Origin: Octopus sinensis
Taxonomy: Eukaryota
NCBI RefSeq assembly: GCF_006345805.1
Contig: NC_043000.1
Coordinates: 157,046,001 to 157,110,000, forward strand
Length of the DNA stretch: 64,000 bases
Direction: 5' to 3'
How positions within the stretch are numbered: position 1 is the first letter of the stretch; each line of letters opens with the position of its first letter. A model generated the notes under the pieces. That model did not search any database. It worked only from the letters and a program-made list of their open reading frames with translations, and was not told where the DNA came from. Shown here piece by piece: positions 1 through 12,419 of the stretch. Position numbers and translations under genes: made by a program.

Positions 1-395
1 GGTCGTTTGGGCAAAGTTGGCGATATATTCTCCGCATCGTACAAATGATGTACCGCTCACGGCGACGCTGGAGAGAGTAAAGTTTCAAGGCTTTAAGGCG
101 ATCCCAATAATCGAGAGCAGCCATGCCTTCAATTCGTTTAGTGAGTGCCCTCTGGGGTGACTCAATTCTTGAGATGTTTTGTCTTGTATGGGGAGACCAC
201 AGTGGGCAGCAGTATTCAAGGTGTGGCCGTACAAAGGAGGAGAAAAGTGGTATGATGACACCTTGTTCTCTGGACCGGAAAGTTCTTAAGATCCAGGAAC
301 TCATCCTACGAGCTATATCGACCTTCTTGTTGATGTGTGCACTCCAACTGATCTCGTCATCAACAATTACACCCAGTTCTCTGATATTGTTAGAG
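1..395 (-). mobile_element. CR1/L2-group LINE, C-terminal ORF2 (post-RT) fragment
   Basis: Minus-strand translation gives LGVIVDDEISWSAHINKKVDIARRMSSWILRTF..FVRPHLEYCCPLWSP..IESPQRALTKRIEG..YWDRLKALKLYSLQRRRERY, which are typical CR1-group motifs. It runs off the window start. Confidence 0.85.
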
Positions 396-640
396 GCTGT
401 GAGTATGGTTGTTTTAGTGAGGAATATATATGAAATATATATTCAATATATTTATAATCTAGAAACATGTTCGCAAATAACCGCCAGACTTTGTTTTCGT
501 TATTTATTCCTTCTGTTTTGCCAATGTGAATTACAGGGATATGTCGTGTGTGGAGTCCCACTTGTAGAAAATAGAAATAAACAGTCTTTGACTGCTATTT
601 CTAATTTTTCGGTATGCGGCCAAGCAACCTGTTGCCTGCC

Positions 641-678
<38 letters not shown>

Positions 679-1478
679 GTATACATATATATATACACAC
701 ACACGCATATATATATATATATATATATATACACGCACACACATACGCACATACACAGAAACAATGGTACACTTTATACAGATGTATCTTTGAAACAGAT
801 CTGACTTCCTTAATAGCCGGGTCGGATTGAGATTTAAGATATTGATGATTGATAAAAGGTATAACAACATCTCCCGTATGCGCCATCTACTTGTTTCTAT
901 GCTTCCTTGGAGTGTTGAACACACACACACACACACACACACTCACATAGATGCGCGCGTGCGCAGGCATACATACGCAGTTAGTGTTTAATTTAATCTT
1001 TCATCAATATCTCAGATGAGAGTGGGACTTCTACTGGAATGCTGGAAGTATTTGTTATTACAGCGATAAGTGCTATTTATCGAAGCTCACTCATTTGATT
1101 GCCACACAAAAAACAGTCATGGAACATAAAACACTTCACAACACACATGCACACATAGACACGCACAGACACGCACGCACAGACACGCACGCACATATAC
1201 ATGTTTAAGTTTCCGAACAACAAAAACAACTCGAAAAAAATCATTCAGTATAAAAACTAAAGTAATATGTCCATCTTTTGATCGAGGTAACTTGTAACCA
1301 AATTCTGGGGGTTAGTGTTTAGTAAGTAACGTCATTCTTTTAGAGATGTGTTTTGATAACCTCGGGTTTATAAACAGAGTTGCAAGTTTGCGTATTAACC
1401 CCCACCCAATTGTCGACAAGAACGCCAGATCTTTCACTGAAAAAACAACAAAATAACAAAAACAAAAACAAAAATCTA

Positions 1479-1876
1479 TGTGGCTGTGGAGTGGCAGTGT
1501 GGTAAGTAGCTTGCTTACCAATCACATGGTTCCGGGTTCAGTCCCACTGCGTGGCATCTTGAGAGAGTGTCTTCTACTATAGCCACGAGCCGACCAAAGC
1601 CTTGTGAGTGGATTTGGTAGATGGAAACTGAAAGAAGCCTGTCGTATATATGCATATATATGTTTGTGTGTCTGTGTTTGTCCCCCCCCCCCAACATCGC
1701 TTGAAACCGATGCTGGTGTGTTTACGTACCCGTAACTTAGCGGTTCGGCAAAAGAGACCGATAGAATAAGTACTAGGCTTACAAATAATAAGTCCTGGGG
1801 TCGATTTGCTCGACTAAAGGTGGTGCTCCAGCATGGCCACAGTCAAATGACTGGAACAAATAAAAGAGTAAAGAGA
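1479..1876 (+). mobile_element. SINE family A (tRNA-derived, internal TA/TG microsatellite, (GTAAAAGA)n tail)
   Basis: Head TGGCTGTGTGGTAAG..GGTTCAGTCCC (A/B-box-like). Body and tail match about 10 other copies in the window. Confidence 0.9.
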
Positions 1877-2033
1877 GTCTAACTCTTACCATTGATAACC
1901 ATACTAATTACATTCTACATGATCGTCATGTCCTTGCTAAAAATAGCAGCCAAATCTCCAAACACTCATAGTCTCATGTGTCAAAAAATATAGGAAAAAT
2001 ATATAATAATGTAGTCCTAGATATACTGACTAC

Positions 2034-2066
<33 letters not shown>

Positions 2067-2536
2067 TGTATGTATGTATGTATGTGTCTGTGTGTATGTG
2101 TGTATGTATGTATGTATGTGTGATGTATGTATGTATGTATGTATGTATGTATGTATGTATGTATGTATGTATGTATGAATGAATGTATGTATGTATACAT
2201 ATATATATATACATACATGCATGTGTGTGTGTATACACACATACACATATATATATATATTTGTACTCATATGCATACATATAGATTATGTCATATTTTT
2301 GTTGAAGACATCACACGTGATTTGCAGCTGTCTAAAATTGTCATCAAAATATTATCCCCCTATGAAGCACGATGTTGTCGCAAAAACGATGCCATCTGTC
2401 AAAAAGACTGTCCGGGAATAAATATACAGAATCCACCTGTTATTGAATGCGTACACAAACATCAAGACAAAGAAAGCTGGTGGAACATTCCCATAAAAAA
2501 TCTGTCAATTGTCAGGCCGGATATTTTTTGTTGTTT

Positions 2537-2765
2537 GGCGGCGAGCTGGCAGAATCGTTAGCACGCCGGGCGAAATGCGTAGCCGTATTTCGTCTGCCAT
2601 TACGTTCTGGGTTCAAATTCTGCCGAGGTCGACTTTGCCTTTCATCCTTTCGGGGTCGATAAATTAAGTACCAGTTACGCACTGGGGTCGATATAATCGA
2701 CTTAATCCGTTCGTCTGTCCTTGTTTGTCCCCTGTGTTTAGCCCGTTGTGGGTAGTAAAGAAATA
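2537..2765 (+). mobile_element. SINE family B monomer
   Basis: Head GGCGGCGAGCTGGCAGAATCGTTAGC, B-box-like GTTCAAATTC, central GCCTTTCATCCTTTCGGGGTCGATAAA. Flanked by the direct repeat ATATTTTTTGTTGTTTGG (TSD). Confidence 0.9.
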
Positions 2766-3178
2766 TATTTTTTGTTGTTTGGGGGCAGATAAGAAAAAAT
2801 ATGTAGAAGTCAGCCATCTTGCTAATGTGGTGAATATCTCGTTAAAAATCAAAGAGAAAAAGGATAAAACTATGGACAACTGCTTCGAAACCTCCAGTTT
2901 CTATATTAGGATTACAGATTTACATTTATATCTATGATAATTGGTGCACTTGGCTTTGTGAGTAAATACCTAACTGGCAGTTTGGATAAGCCTGGATTTT
3001 CAGAAAAGAAATCAACCAAGTCGCACATTACAAATACAATCCGTAAGTGGAACAATAAAATACTCCAAGATTTTTCTCAAGTTTAAAATGTGACATGGTT
3101 TTCGTTATCAACATTCCAACGCTGAGCTTTGTATCTTTGTTAGAAAACAACTCCTTCCACAGAATTTAAGTGTTTCAG

Positions 3179-3216
<38 letters not shown>

Positions 3217-3461
3217 ACACACACACACACACACACCACACACACACACATACACACACACACACACACTTCACATCTGGAATGCTTTTGTGCTTTTGAT
3301 CACAGATCCGTTACACCAGGGTTTACCGAGGGTTAAGACAGAAACAACAATGGCAGCTTTCACGTAGATTCCTCTCTACTGAAGTGTTAACTCTTCCACG
3401 AAGCTTGTTTTCTGTTATAATGTCAAGGAACTGAAGAATCATCTTGGAGGTTACTCGACTT

Positions 3462-3921
3462 ACTCTCTTTTTACTCTTTTACTTGTTTCAGTCATTTGAC
3501 TGTGGCCATGCTGGAGCACCGCCTTTTGTCGAGCAAATCGACCCCAGGACTCTTTGTAAGCCTAGTACCTATTCTATCGGTCTCTTTTGCCGAACCGCTA
3601 AGTTACAGTGACACACCAGCATCGGTTTCAAGCGATGTTGGAGGGACAGACACAGACACACAAACATATATATATATATATATATATAAGCGAGAAAGAA
3701 GCAACAAGAATGGATAGGTTTTTAGTACAATCGTTTCATACAATCGTTTCCTTGTATGAAACGATTGTACTAAAAACCTATCCATTCTTGTTGCTTCTTT
3801 CTCGCTTATAATCACCCCACATTACGTATTGTTAAAACAGTATAGTTTTTTTTTGGTGCATCTAAGTTAGGTACCATATTCAAGTAAATTCATTTAAATT
3901 AACTGAATCTTTATTGCTTTT

Positions 3922-3983
<62 letters not shown>

Positions 3984-4009
3984 CAATATATATACATATA
4001 TATATATAC

Positions 4010-4041
<32 letters not shown>

Positions 4042-4300
4042 TAATATATATATATATATATATATATTATAATATATATATATATATCTATATATATATA
4101 TAATATATATACAACAGGCGTCTTTCAGTTTCCGTCTACCAAATCCACTCACAAGCTTTTGGTCGGCCCGAGGCTATAGTAGAAGACACTTTCCCAAGGT
4201 GCCACGCAGAGGGACTGAACCCGGAATCATGTGGTTCGTAAACAAGCTACTTACCACACAGCCACTCCTTTGCCTATGCCACACAGCCACTCCTACGCCC
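3462..4300 (-). mobile_element. SINE-A, interrupted in its TA tract by a ~240-bp insertion containing a perfect hairpin
   Basis: Tail at 3462-3665 and head at about 4110-4300 match SINE-A. Confidence 0.85.
3685..3810. repeat. Perfect inverted repeat (59-bp arms, 8-nt loop)
   Basis: 3685-3743 is the exact reverse complement of 3752-3810. Confidence 0.95.
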
Positions 4301-4929
4301 ATGTTAGAAATTGAAGTAAAATTTCCTCCTTAACTGACAAGAAAATAAAATGCCCACCCCATCAAGCAGGACTAACATAACGCACAATATAGTTGTAGAT
4401 ACACTCAGTATAATACTGGATGGTCATGGCTGGAATACATTTTATCGATTTAGGACTGAGGAGGAGTTTTTTTCTTTCTATGATATAAAAAAAAATAGAA
4501 CAATTCCCCAGACCACTTTCAGGCCTCCTCTATGACTGGTGAAAGGAATGAAGTTATTCTTAGAGTGGAGACTTAGCTTTGAATTTCAGCAAAAGGGTGG
4601 GTACCACTAAAAGCAACTGTGGACCAGATGGTGCTGTAATGGCAAGTGACAGATGTCGCATTATCACTCAATAATAATAACAACAACAACAACAAAAACG
4701 ACTGCAAAACGTTGCTCTCCATAAAAATTTTAGCGATTCCAGGAAAAACGTCACGAGAAAAAATGTTGTAGGTAAAATCTTACAAACTTTTATCTTGGCT
4801 GATTTAATTTTATAGTTTGGTTTCACTTGGAACTAAACAACACCAACATTAATAATTAGTTCTAAGTTTTGCAGAAGGCCTACAATTTTCATAAAGATTG
4901 GGAGCGGTGTTAGCCATGTAATCGACCCC

Positions 4930-4984
<55 letters not shown>

Positions 4985-4987
4985 TAA

Positions 4988-5810
4988 GAATTTCTTTATT
5001 GGCCGCAATGGCCGGACACAAAACAAATGGGGACGATACAATACAAGGGACAAGCGGGATGTTGAACAATGGCGTGTATACAATAAATAAGAAAAACGTT
5101 AACAAAATAATTAAACAATATAAAAAATTCACCCAAAAGAGGGAGTTCCTCTCCGGGACCACGGAGGAACCCCACACATTCTGGTTATTCCGACCGTCAG
5201 ATGAATGTCAATAGGCACCTCTCACCTTCTCACCTCCTCCGGTTTACAAATTAAAGTTAAGAGCAGGCCCATTCACACGGGCCATCCTCGTCACATTCAC
5301 CTACCTTTCAACAAATTTACTGGGGTGGGATGGGGTGTGTTGGCGGTATGAAGAACTTCCCACTCTAGTCTCACCTTCCTTTTCAAGTGAAACTTGAACA
5401 AGTCGATGAGGGCTTGGCCGAAGAGGAAAGCATCTGTCTTAAGTCCTTACAATCTCGTCCACCACACTACCTCATTCGCAATAGCCACCAGGCGGAGGAA
5501 CACTGCCTTTCCTTCCCGGCCAAAGAAAGTCGGCAGGGCGATCTTCACAATGGACTCGGCTGATAACCGGATCCGTCCTACACGTGACAACAGCTGTTTG
5601 ACAAAGCTCCACAAGTCAATAATGCACAGACACTGGACGATTGCATGCAGTTTCGTCGCCCAGCGCACGCTTCGTGCAGGTCTGTCTCACAGCACTTCCG
5701 TGTCTGTAGAGATTGTCTCGAACCGGCAGAGCTCCCCGTTAGTACTGCCAGACCAGGAATTTCTGGAATTATCCATAGGCCCGGCCCGAAAGTCCCCCAG
5801 AAAAGACCAG
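4988..5810 (-). mobile_element. L1/Tx1-like LINE 3' fragment (ORF2 C-terminus and 3' UTR) ending in an (ATT)n tract
   Basis: Translation LHAIVQC..DLWSFVKQLLSRVGRIRLSAESIVKI..EVVWWTRL..FKFHLKRKVRLE resembles the L1/Tx1 C-terminal region. The 3' end is GGCCAATAAAGAAA. Clade assignment is from recall. Confidence 0.65.
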
Positions 5811-6139
5811 TTAATTGATCCTTCTTGATACTCAGACTTTTTGATATACTATATTAATGAAAACTTGTAGTACTTGTGGATAATTCACGGTCCGCTATAA
5901 CACATTCTACTCGGTAATAGTATTAAGGGATTTACTTCATAATCTTTTGATTAATTTCAATGAAACCATGTATATTTTCTACAATCATGTATTCTCTTCT
6001 AACCTGTTTTCCTATTCTGCCTGTGCAAAATATTCTTGCCTAGTATTGTCATTGATATTTTGCCTTCTTTCTTGATTAACAATTCTCATTCTTTCCCTAT
6101 TATCTTCAACTTCGTCGTTTATTTCCTTCTTGTTCTCTC

Positions 6140-6203
<64 letters not shown>

Positions 6204-6509
6204 ATCTCTCTGTTTATCTGCCTCTCTTTTACACACACACTTTACCATCCTCTTTCTACAGTATTAAAAATGTTTTACACTACAGGAATCTATCGTTACC
6301 GTTTTAATAAAAGAGACATGATGAGGATTACAGCTGATAATTAGTGATATGAATAAATATTTCGAAGATGTAGTAAGACCATTTATTCCGATAAGGGTTT
6401 GGCAAAGACTCAATGAAATAGAAAGTACAATCATATTTCAGAGCGATTATGCATAAATACATACTTACACATATACATACTTACGTGTGTGTGTGAGTTC
6501 ATATATGCA

Positions 6510-6554
<45 letters not shown>

Positions 6555-6764
6555 TATATATATATGTATGTATAAGTTTAGTTTTCTTTTGTGCTTAAAT
6601 GTACACTATTTTATAATAAGAATATGTTGTCTATTGACTATTTATACTTGCTAGGCCACTGGTGGTGATATTTCTAACGAACATTCGCTACCCTATATAT
6701 GCATGTCTGTATGTATGTATGCATGTATGTATGTATGTATATGTATGTATGTATGTATGTATGT

Positions 6765-6825
<61 letters not shown>

Positions 6826-7609
6826 TCTTCAGTTATATATATAATGCGTGTGTAATATAATATAATACATATATGTCTACATAATATTAATAACTTAAAT
6901 GGCATGACATTGCGAAAATTAAGTTGAGATAATATATTACGATAAACAGACGTACTCTCTCTATACTTTCATTGGATACATATTTATTTTTCCGACAGAA
7001 GTATGTACATATAGGAACTAAATATACACATCTCTTCAGTTATATATATCACCTTCATCTGTTTGTAATGGATGGATCAGTTTCGAATTTGAAAGAAATG
7101 GATCTCTAGATTTGATCAGAGGTAACCATGAAGAGGTGCGCAATTTCGATTCGTCATACGTGAAAGACAGGTCACATAATTTATAGAATGAAGTGAAAGA
7201 CAGGTTACATAACTTATAGAATGAAGTGTCGTATGCTACACTCGATCTCAGTCGCTGTCAATATAATAGTTTATTGTAGGTGACCTTAGAATTTGATGCC
7301 TTGATGACGTTCGTAACTTCCTGATGGGCGTTAACAACGTAAGTGAAATAAAACAACTTTCGCAAGTACGAGAGGTTAAAGTTCTCGCCACTAACTTGCA
7401 GTTGATACCAAGTCACAAATCTATTTGGAAGAGTACATTCTCAGACATATTTGTAGCTTATTTTATCAGCTTTGGAGAAATGAATTCATCTTATTGGGAT
7501 TTAAACCCAGAATGTAAAGAGGCGTAAATGGGTACCATAATGCATTTGTCAAGCTCAATACTGCTTCTCACACTCTAACATCTGTACTAACATTTAAAAA
7601 TATTGGGTT

Positions 7610-7825
7610 TCAAAATTTGGTTTAAGGCCAGCAATTTCGGGGGAGAGGTTAAGTCAATTCCATGAACTCCCAAACCTCAACTGATACTTCTTTTTTATCG
7701 AGCCCGAAAGGATGAAAAGTAAAGTCATCCTCGGCAGAATCTGAACTCGAAAAATGTAAAGACGGACGAATTGCCGCTAAGCATTTTGCCCGTAGCGGTA
7801 ACGATTCAGCCAGATCGTCGCCTCC
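7610..7825 (-). mobile_element. SINE-B, older diverged subfamily
   Basis: Diverged match to the SINE-B head and core, with the alternative tail CCCCGAAATTGCTGGCC..AAATTTTGAAACC. Confidence 0.75.
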
Positions 7826-8714
7826 CTGACACATAAAATATTAAGCAGAAATATTTGTTTCATATTTTCCTCTATATTAGGACAATGGTTTGGCAGACTA
7901 AATGTCTTACGGTATTTGGTTATGTCCCTTTAGAGCCTGCGATTAAATACCACCAAGGTCGACTCAATTTTTTACTCTTCAAAGGTCGATAAATTAAATG
8001 TTAGGGTTGTGTAGTATATGCTAATCGAACGTATCTATCTCTGCCTTGAAAAAATGTTATCTTATGTCATTGTAAACAAAATCAATATTTTATTATATTA
8101 AATAATTTATCCAATAAATTTGACTTTCAGTCATGTTGTGAAGATGCAGCTTCTCCACAGAGTTATCTAAACCATTCTAGCCCGCCCCCGCAATTCACTC
8201 TATTTCTCATGTGTGTCATTGCATTACTGTGAAGTGAGAATATAAAACATGTTTTAATAACTTTTAACGTTGAACGAAAGTTTATCAAATATCATTTTAT
8301 ATTTTCAGTGACATCTGGTTTTCACTGCATTTCCTCATTTTGGGGATTCGTGCCAGCGGTTTAACCTTTTGTTTATTGTCTTCATACGAACTAGGCCACT
8401 AGACTCTGGCGCCATCTGCCTCCCACTTACGTTTATATAAGACTGTAATTCTGGTACACAGAATCCCTTATTGTTACAGGCAAATTCCAGCCATGTGATG
8501 GAGCAACAAAAATGTAAAATATTATGCTATTCAATGCCAATATCAAGTGAGAATGTAAGGATTGCATCGCGAAAAGGAACTTCTCACGTAGTCACATGTT
8601 TATACATTTATGACAGAGGGTGTATTTAGTGGTAGAAAATCACTTCTGAATATTCAATTATTTTACGATTCTTTTACGGTTTCATCAACAAGCAATTATA
8701 TAATGTTGCATTTA

Positions 8715-8783
<69 letters not shown>

Positions 8784-8865
8784 CTTATAGATATAAACAA
8801 ATTCTACATTATATATGTAGTGGCCATTTTTTTCGTTTGCAAAAATGCAACACACGTATCTCTCT

Positions 8866-8914
<49 letters not shown>

Positions 8915-8916
<2 letters not shown>

Positions 8917-9056
8917 TTTTTTTTCTCAATCACTTTTGATCGGAATTTTACTTTTTTTTTCTTATTTTTCTTCTTTTTTTCATTTTCGAAAAGGAAAGCT
9001 CTATATTTGTATTTGTCCCCTCTGTGTTCAGCCCTGCGTGGCCAATAAAGAAAGTT
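8915..9056 (+). mobile_element. 5'-truncated LINE 3' UTR remnant inside a (CTAT)n tract
   Basis: Ends TTGTCCCCTCTGTGTTCAGCCCTGCGTGGCCAATAAAGAAA, the same tail type as 4988 and 42340. Flanked by CTAT repeats. Confidence 0.55.
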
Positions 9057-9109
9057 ACCTATATATCTAACTATCTGTCTGTCTGTCTGTCTGTCAATCT
9101 ATCTATCTA

Positions 9110-9201
<92 letters not shown>

Positions 9202-9457
9202 CCAAGCTAGTTAGCTATTTGTATGTCTGCCTGTCTACCTGTCTGTCTTTGGGTTTATGTATACGTATGTCTGTGAGGATGTTTTATAATTTATTCAATG
9301 TTAAGTGACTCTTCTAGGTTTAGTTCTGTTGCATTTTTGGAGAGTCTGAGGAACTTTCCAGTTACGTAACTCTACTATTGTAATAGTCATCATCAAATAG
9401 ATTAAAATATACGCCAATTGATGTATTGACTACTGCCGTTTCTAACGGAGTCATCGT

Positions 9458-9554
9458 ACACATACATACATACATACATACATACATACATACATACATA
9501 CATACATACATACATACATACATACATACATACGTAAATACATACATACATACA

Positions 9555-9587
<33 letters not shown>

Positions 9588-10051
9588 GCATGCGTGCATA
9601 CTACATACATACATAAATACATAAATACATACATACATTCATACATATATACATACATACTTACATACAAACATACATATATGCATGCGTGCATACATAC
9701 ATACATACATACAAACATACATACATACATACATACATCATGCACATATAAGTATGTACGAGAGTATATAGAGATGTTTATATATACCTATGCATAAATA
9801 TATTGCATGTAACTGTGTACGTATGTGTATGCATATGTATATGTCTACATACATACAAACATACATACATAACATACATACATACATATACACTTACATA
9901 CATGCATGCATACATACATACATACATACATACATACATACATACATACCATACATACAAACATACATACATACATACAAACATACATACATACATACAT
10001 ACATACATACATAAATACGTACATACATACATACATACATGCATACATACA

Positions 10052-10083
<32 letters not shown>

Positions 10084-10818
10084 CACTTACATACATGCAT
10101 ACATACATACATCATACATACATACATACATATACATGCATACATGCATACATACATACATACAACATACATACATACAAACATACATACATACATACAT
10201 ACATACATACATACATACAACATACTACATACATAAATACATACATACATACACTACATACATACATGCATACATACATACATACATACATACATACATA
10301 ATACATACATACATACATACATACATACACATACATACATGCATACATACATACATACAAACATACATACATACAAACATACATACTACATACATACATA
10401 CATACATACATACAACATAAATACATACATACATACATACATGCATACATACATACATACATACATACATACATAAATACATACATACATACATACATAC
10501 ATACATACATACATACATACAAACATACATACATACAAACATACATACATACATACATACATACATACATACATACATACATACAAACATACATACATAC
10601 AAACATACATACATACACATACATACATACATACATACATACATACATACATACAACCATAACATACATACATACATACATACATACATACATACATACA
10701 TACATTACAAACACATCATACAAAACATACATACATACATACATACATACAAACATACATACATACATACAAACATACATACATACATACATACATACAT
10801 ACATACATACATACATAC
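9458..10818. repeat. Very long degenerate (TACA)n microsatellite, ~1.35 kb
   Basis: Read directly from the sequence. It is the source of the spurious YIHT/MYVC ORFs. Confidence 0.97.
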
Positions 10819-11229
10819 ACTAAGCAAAGTCGCTCACGTGTGCTACTGCTTATGTGTAGCTACAAACTGCCCTTCTCCACTCGACACCGAGCTTGCCTGA
10901 TGAGGAAGATTATTAGAAATCCAGCAGAACAAAAAGTAACAACGCCTGTCTAAATAACGTATAAGCGCAACGTGGAGGTCAACGACCATTTAGCAATTGC
11001 GCAGGAACACAGAGATACTCATCATATTGAATAAGCGCACTGCAAAACTGTTCCTGTTACATCTCTCTAGGAGACGGACACTCTGATATAGAGCTTGAGG
11101 ATCGCTTAACTCCAACCCTTTAGCTGCTCTACTTCAACACTCAGGAAGTTATGCGATTAAACCATTCCCACAAACACTAATACTTCAACTGCTTAGGAGT
11201 ACATTCAAGACGAACCATTCCCAGTAACC

Positions 11230-11828
11230 TATTTCTTTATTACCCACAAGGGGCTAAACACAGAGGGGACAAACAAGGACAGACATAGGTATTAAGTCGA
11301 TTACATCGACCCCAGTGTGTGACTGGTACTTAATTTATTGACCCCGATAGGATGAAAGGCAAAGTCGACCTCGGCGGAATTTGAACTCAGAACGTAACGG
11401 CAGACGAAATACCTATTTCTTTACTGCCCACAACGGGCTAAACATAGAAGGGACAAACAAGGACAGACATAGGTATTAAGTCGATTACATCGACCCCAGT
11501 GCGTAGCTGGTACTTAATTTATCGACCCCGAAAGGATGAAAGGCAAAGTCGACCTCGGCGGAATTTGAACTCAGAACGTAACGGCAGACGAAATACCTAT
11601 TTCTTTACTGCCCACAACGGGCTAAACATAGAAGGGACAAACAAGGACAGACATAGGTATTAAGTCGATTACATCGACCCCAGTGCGTAACTGGTACTTA
11701 ATTTATCGACCCCGAAAGGATGAAAGGCAAAGTCGACCTCGGCGGAATTTGAACTCACAACGTAACGCAGACGAAATACCGCTAAGCATTTCGCCGGCGT
11801 GCTAACGTTTCTGCCAGCTCGCCGCCTT
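11230..11828 (-). mobile_element. SINE-B trimer (one head plus 3 x ~184-bp units)
   Basis: Units start at 11230, 11414 and 11598. TSD ATT(C/T)CCAGTAACC at 11217-11229 and 11829-11841. Confidence 0.92.
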
Positions 11829-12419
11829 ATTTCCAGTAACCATTTCCAGTAACCATTATACGTACATGCGTGTGTAAGAGGATTGGAATCATGACGAGGA
11901 CCCCTGATTTAACCTATATAGCGTCTTCTCACACTTGTGAGGGTTTGATTTCATGATTCTTAAAATACATAGTTCGTTAACCTATGCGTTATAACACCAT
12001 TATCATTTCACTATTTTGTGTAATTTAACCATTTTTCACATTCCTTAATATATTGTGTAACATCTCTAAGCCTCCCCTTGTTTTGTATAACTTTGTTGCA
12101 CATCCCAACACGTGTCTTTGAAGCTGCTTTGTATGTATGAATAGTCTCTGATTAATTGTATGCATAAATTTGCTTTGATGTTAAATATGTTTGAATAGGC
12201 CCTGATGTTAAATAAATTAAATAATAATAATAATTATTATTATTATTCTAGCTGGCAGAATCGTCAGCGCGCCAAGCGAAAAGTTTAGAGACATTTTGAT
12301 CGTCTTTACCTTCCGAATTCAAATTCCGCCGAGGTCGACTTTGCCTTTCATCTACTTGTGCATCTCTAGGTATGGCAATATTTAGGATCTAAGTCTCCTT
12401 CATCATTTTCTCACCTACG

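Noticed and set aside
123-830. 235-aa plus-strand ORF
   Set aside because: It is the antisense frame of the CR1-like fragment running into (TA)n.
9362-10816. Many long YIHT/MYVC ORFs here and elsewhere
   Set aside because: They are stop-free translations of (TACA)n microsatellites.
10890-10930. Hammerhead core CTGATGA..GAAA
   Set aside because: No stems I-III and no NUH triplet.
11230-11828. CRISPR-like or tRNA-gene array
   Set aside because: The units are contiguous 184-bp SINE bodies with no unique spacers and no complete cloverleaf, and the context is eukaryotic.
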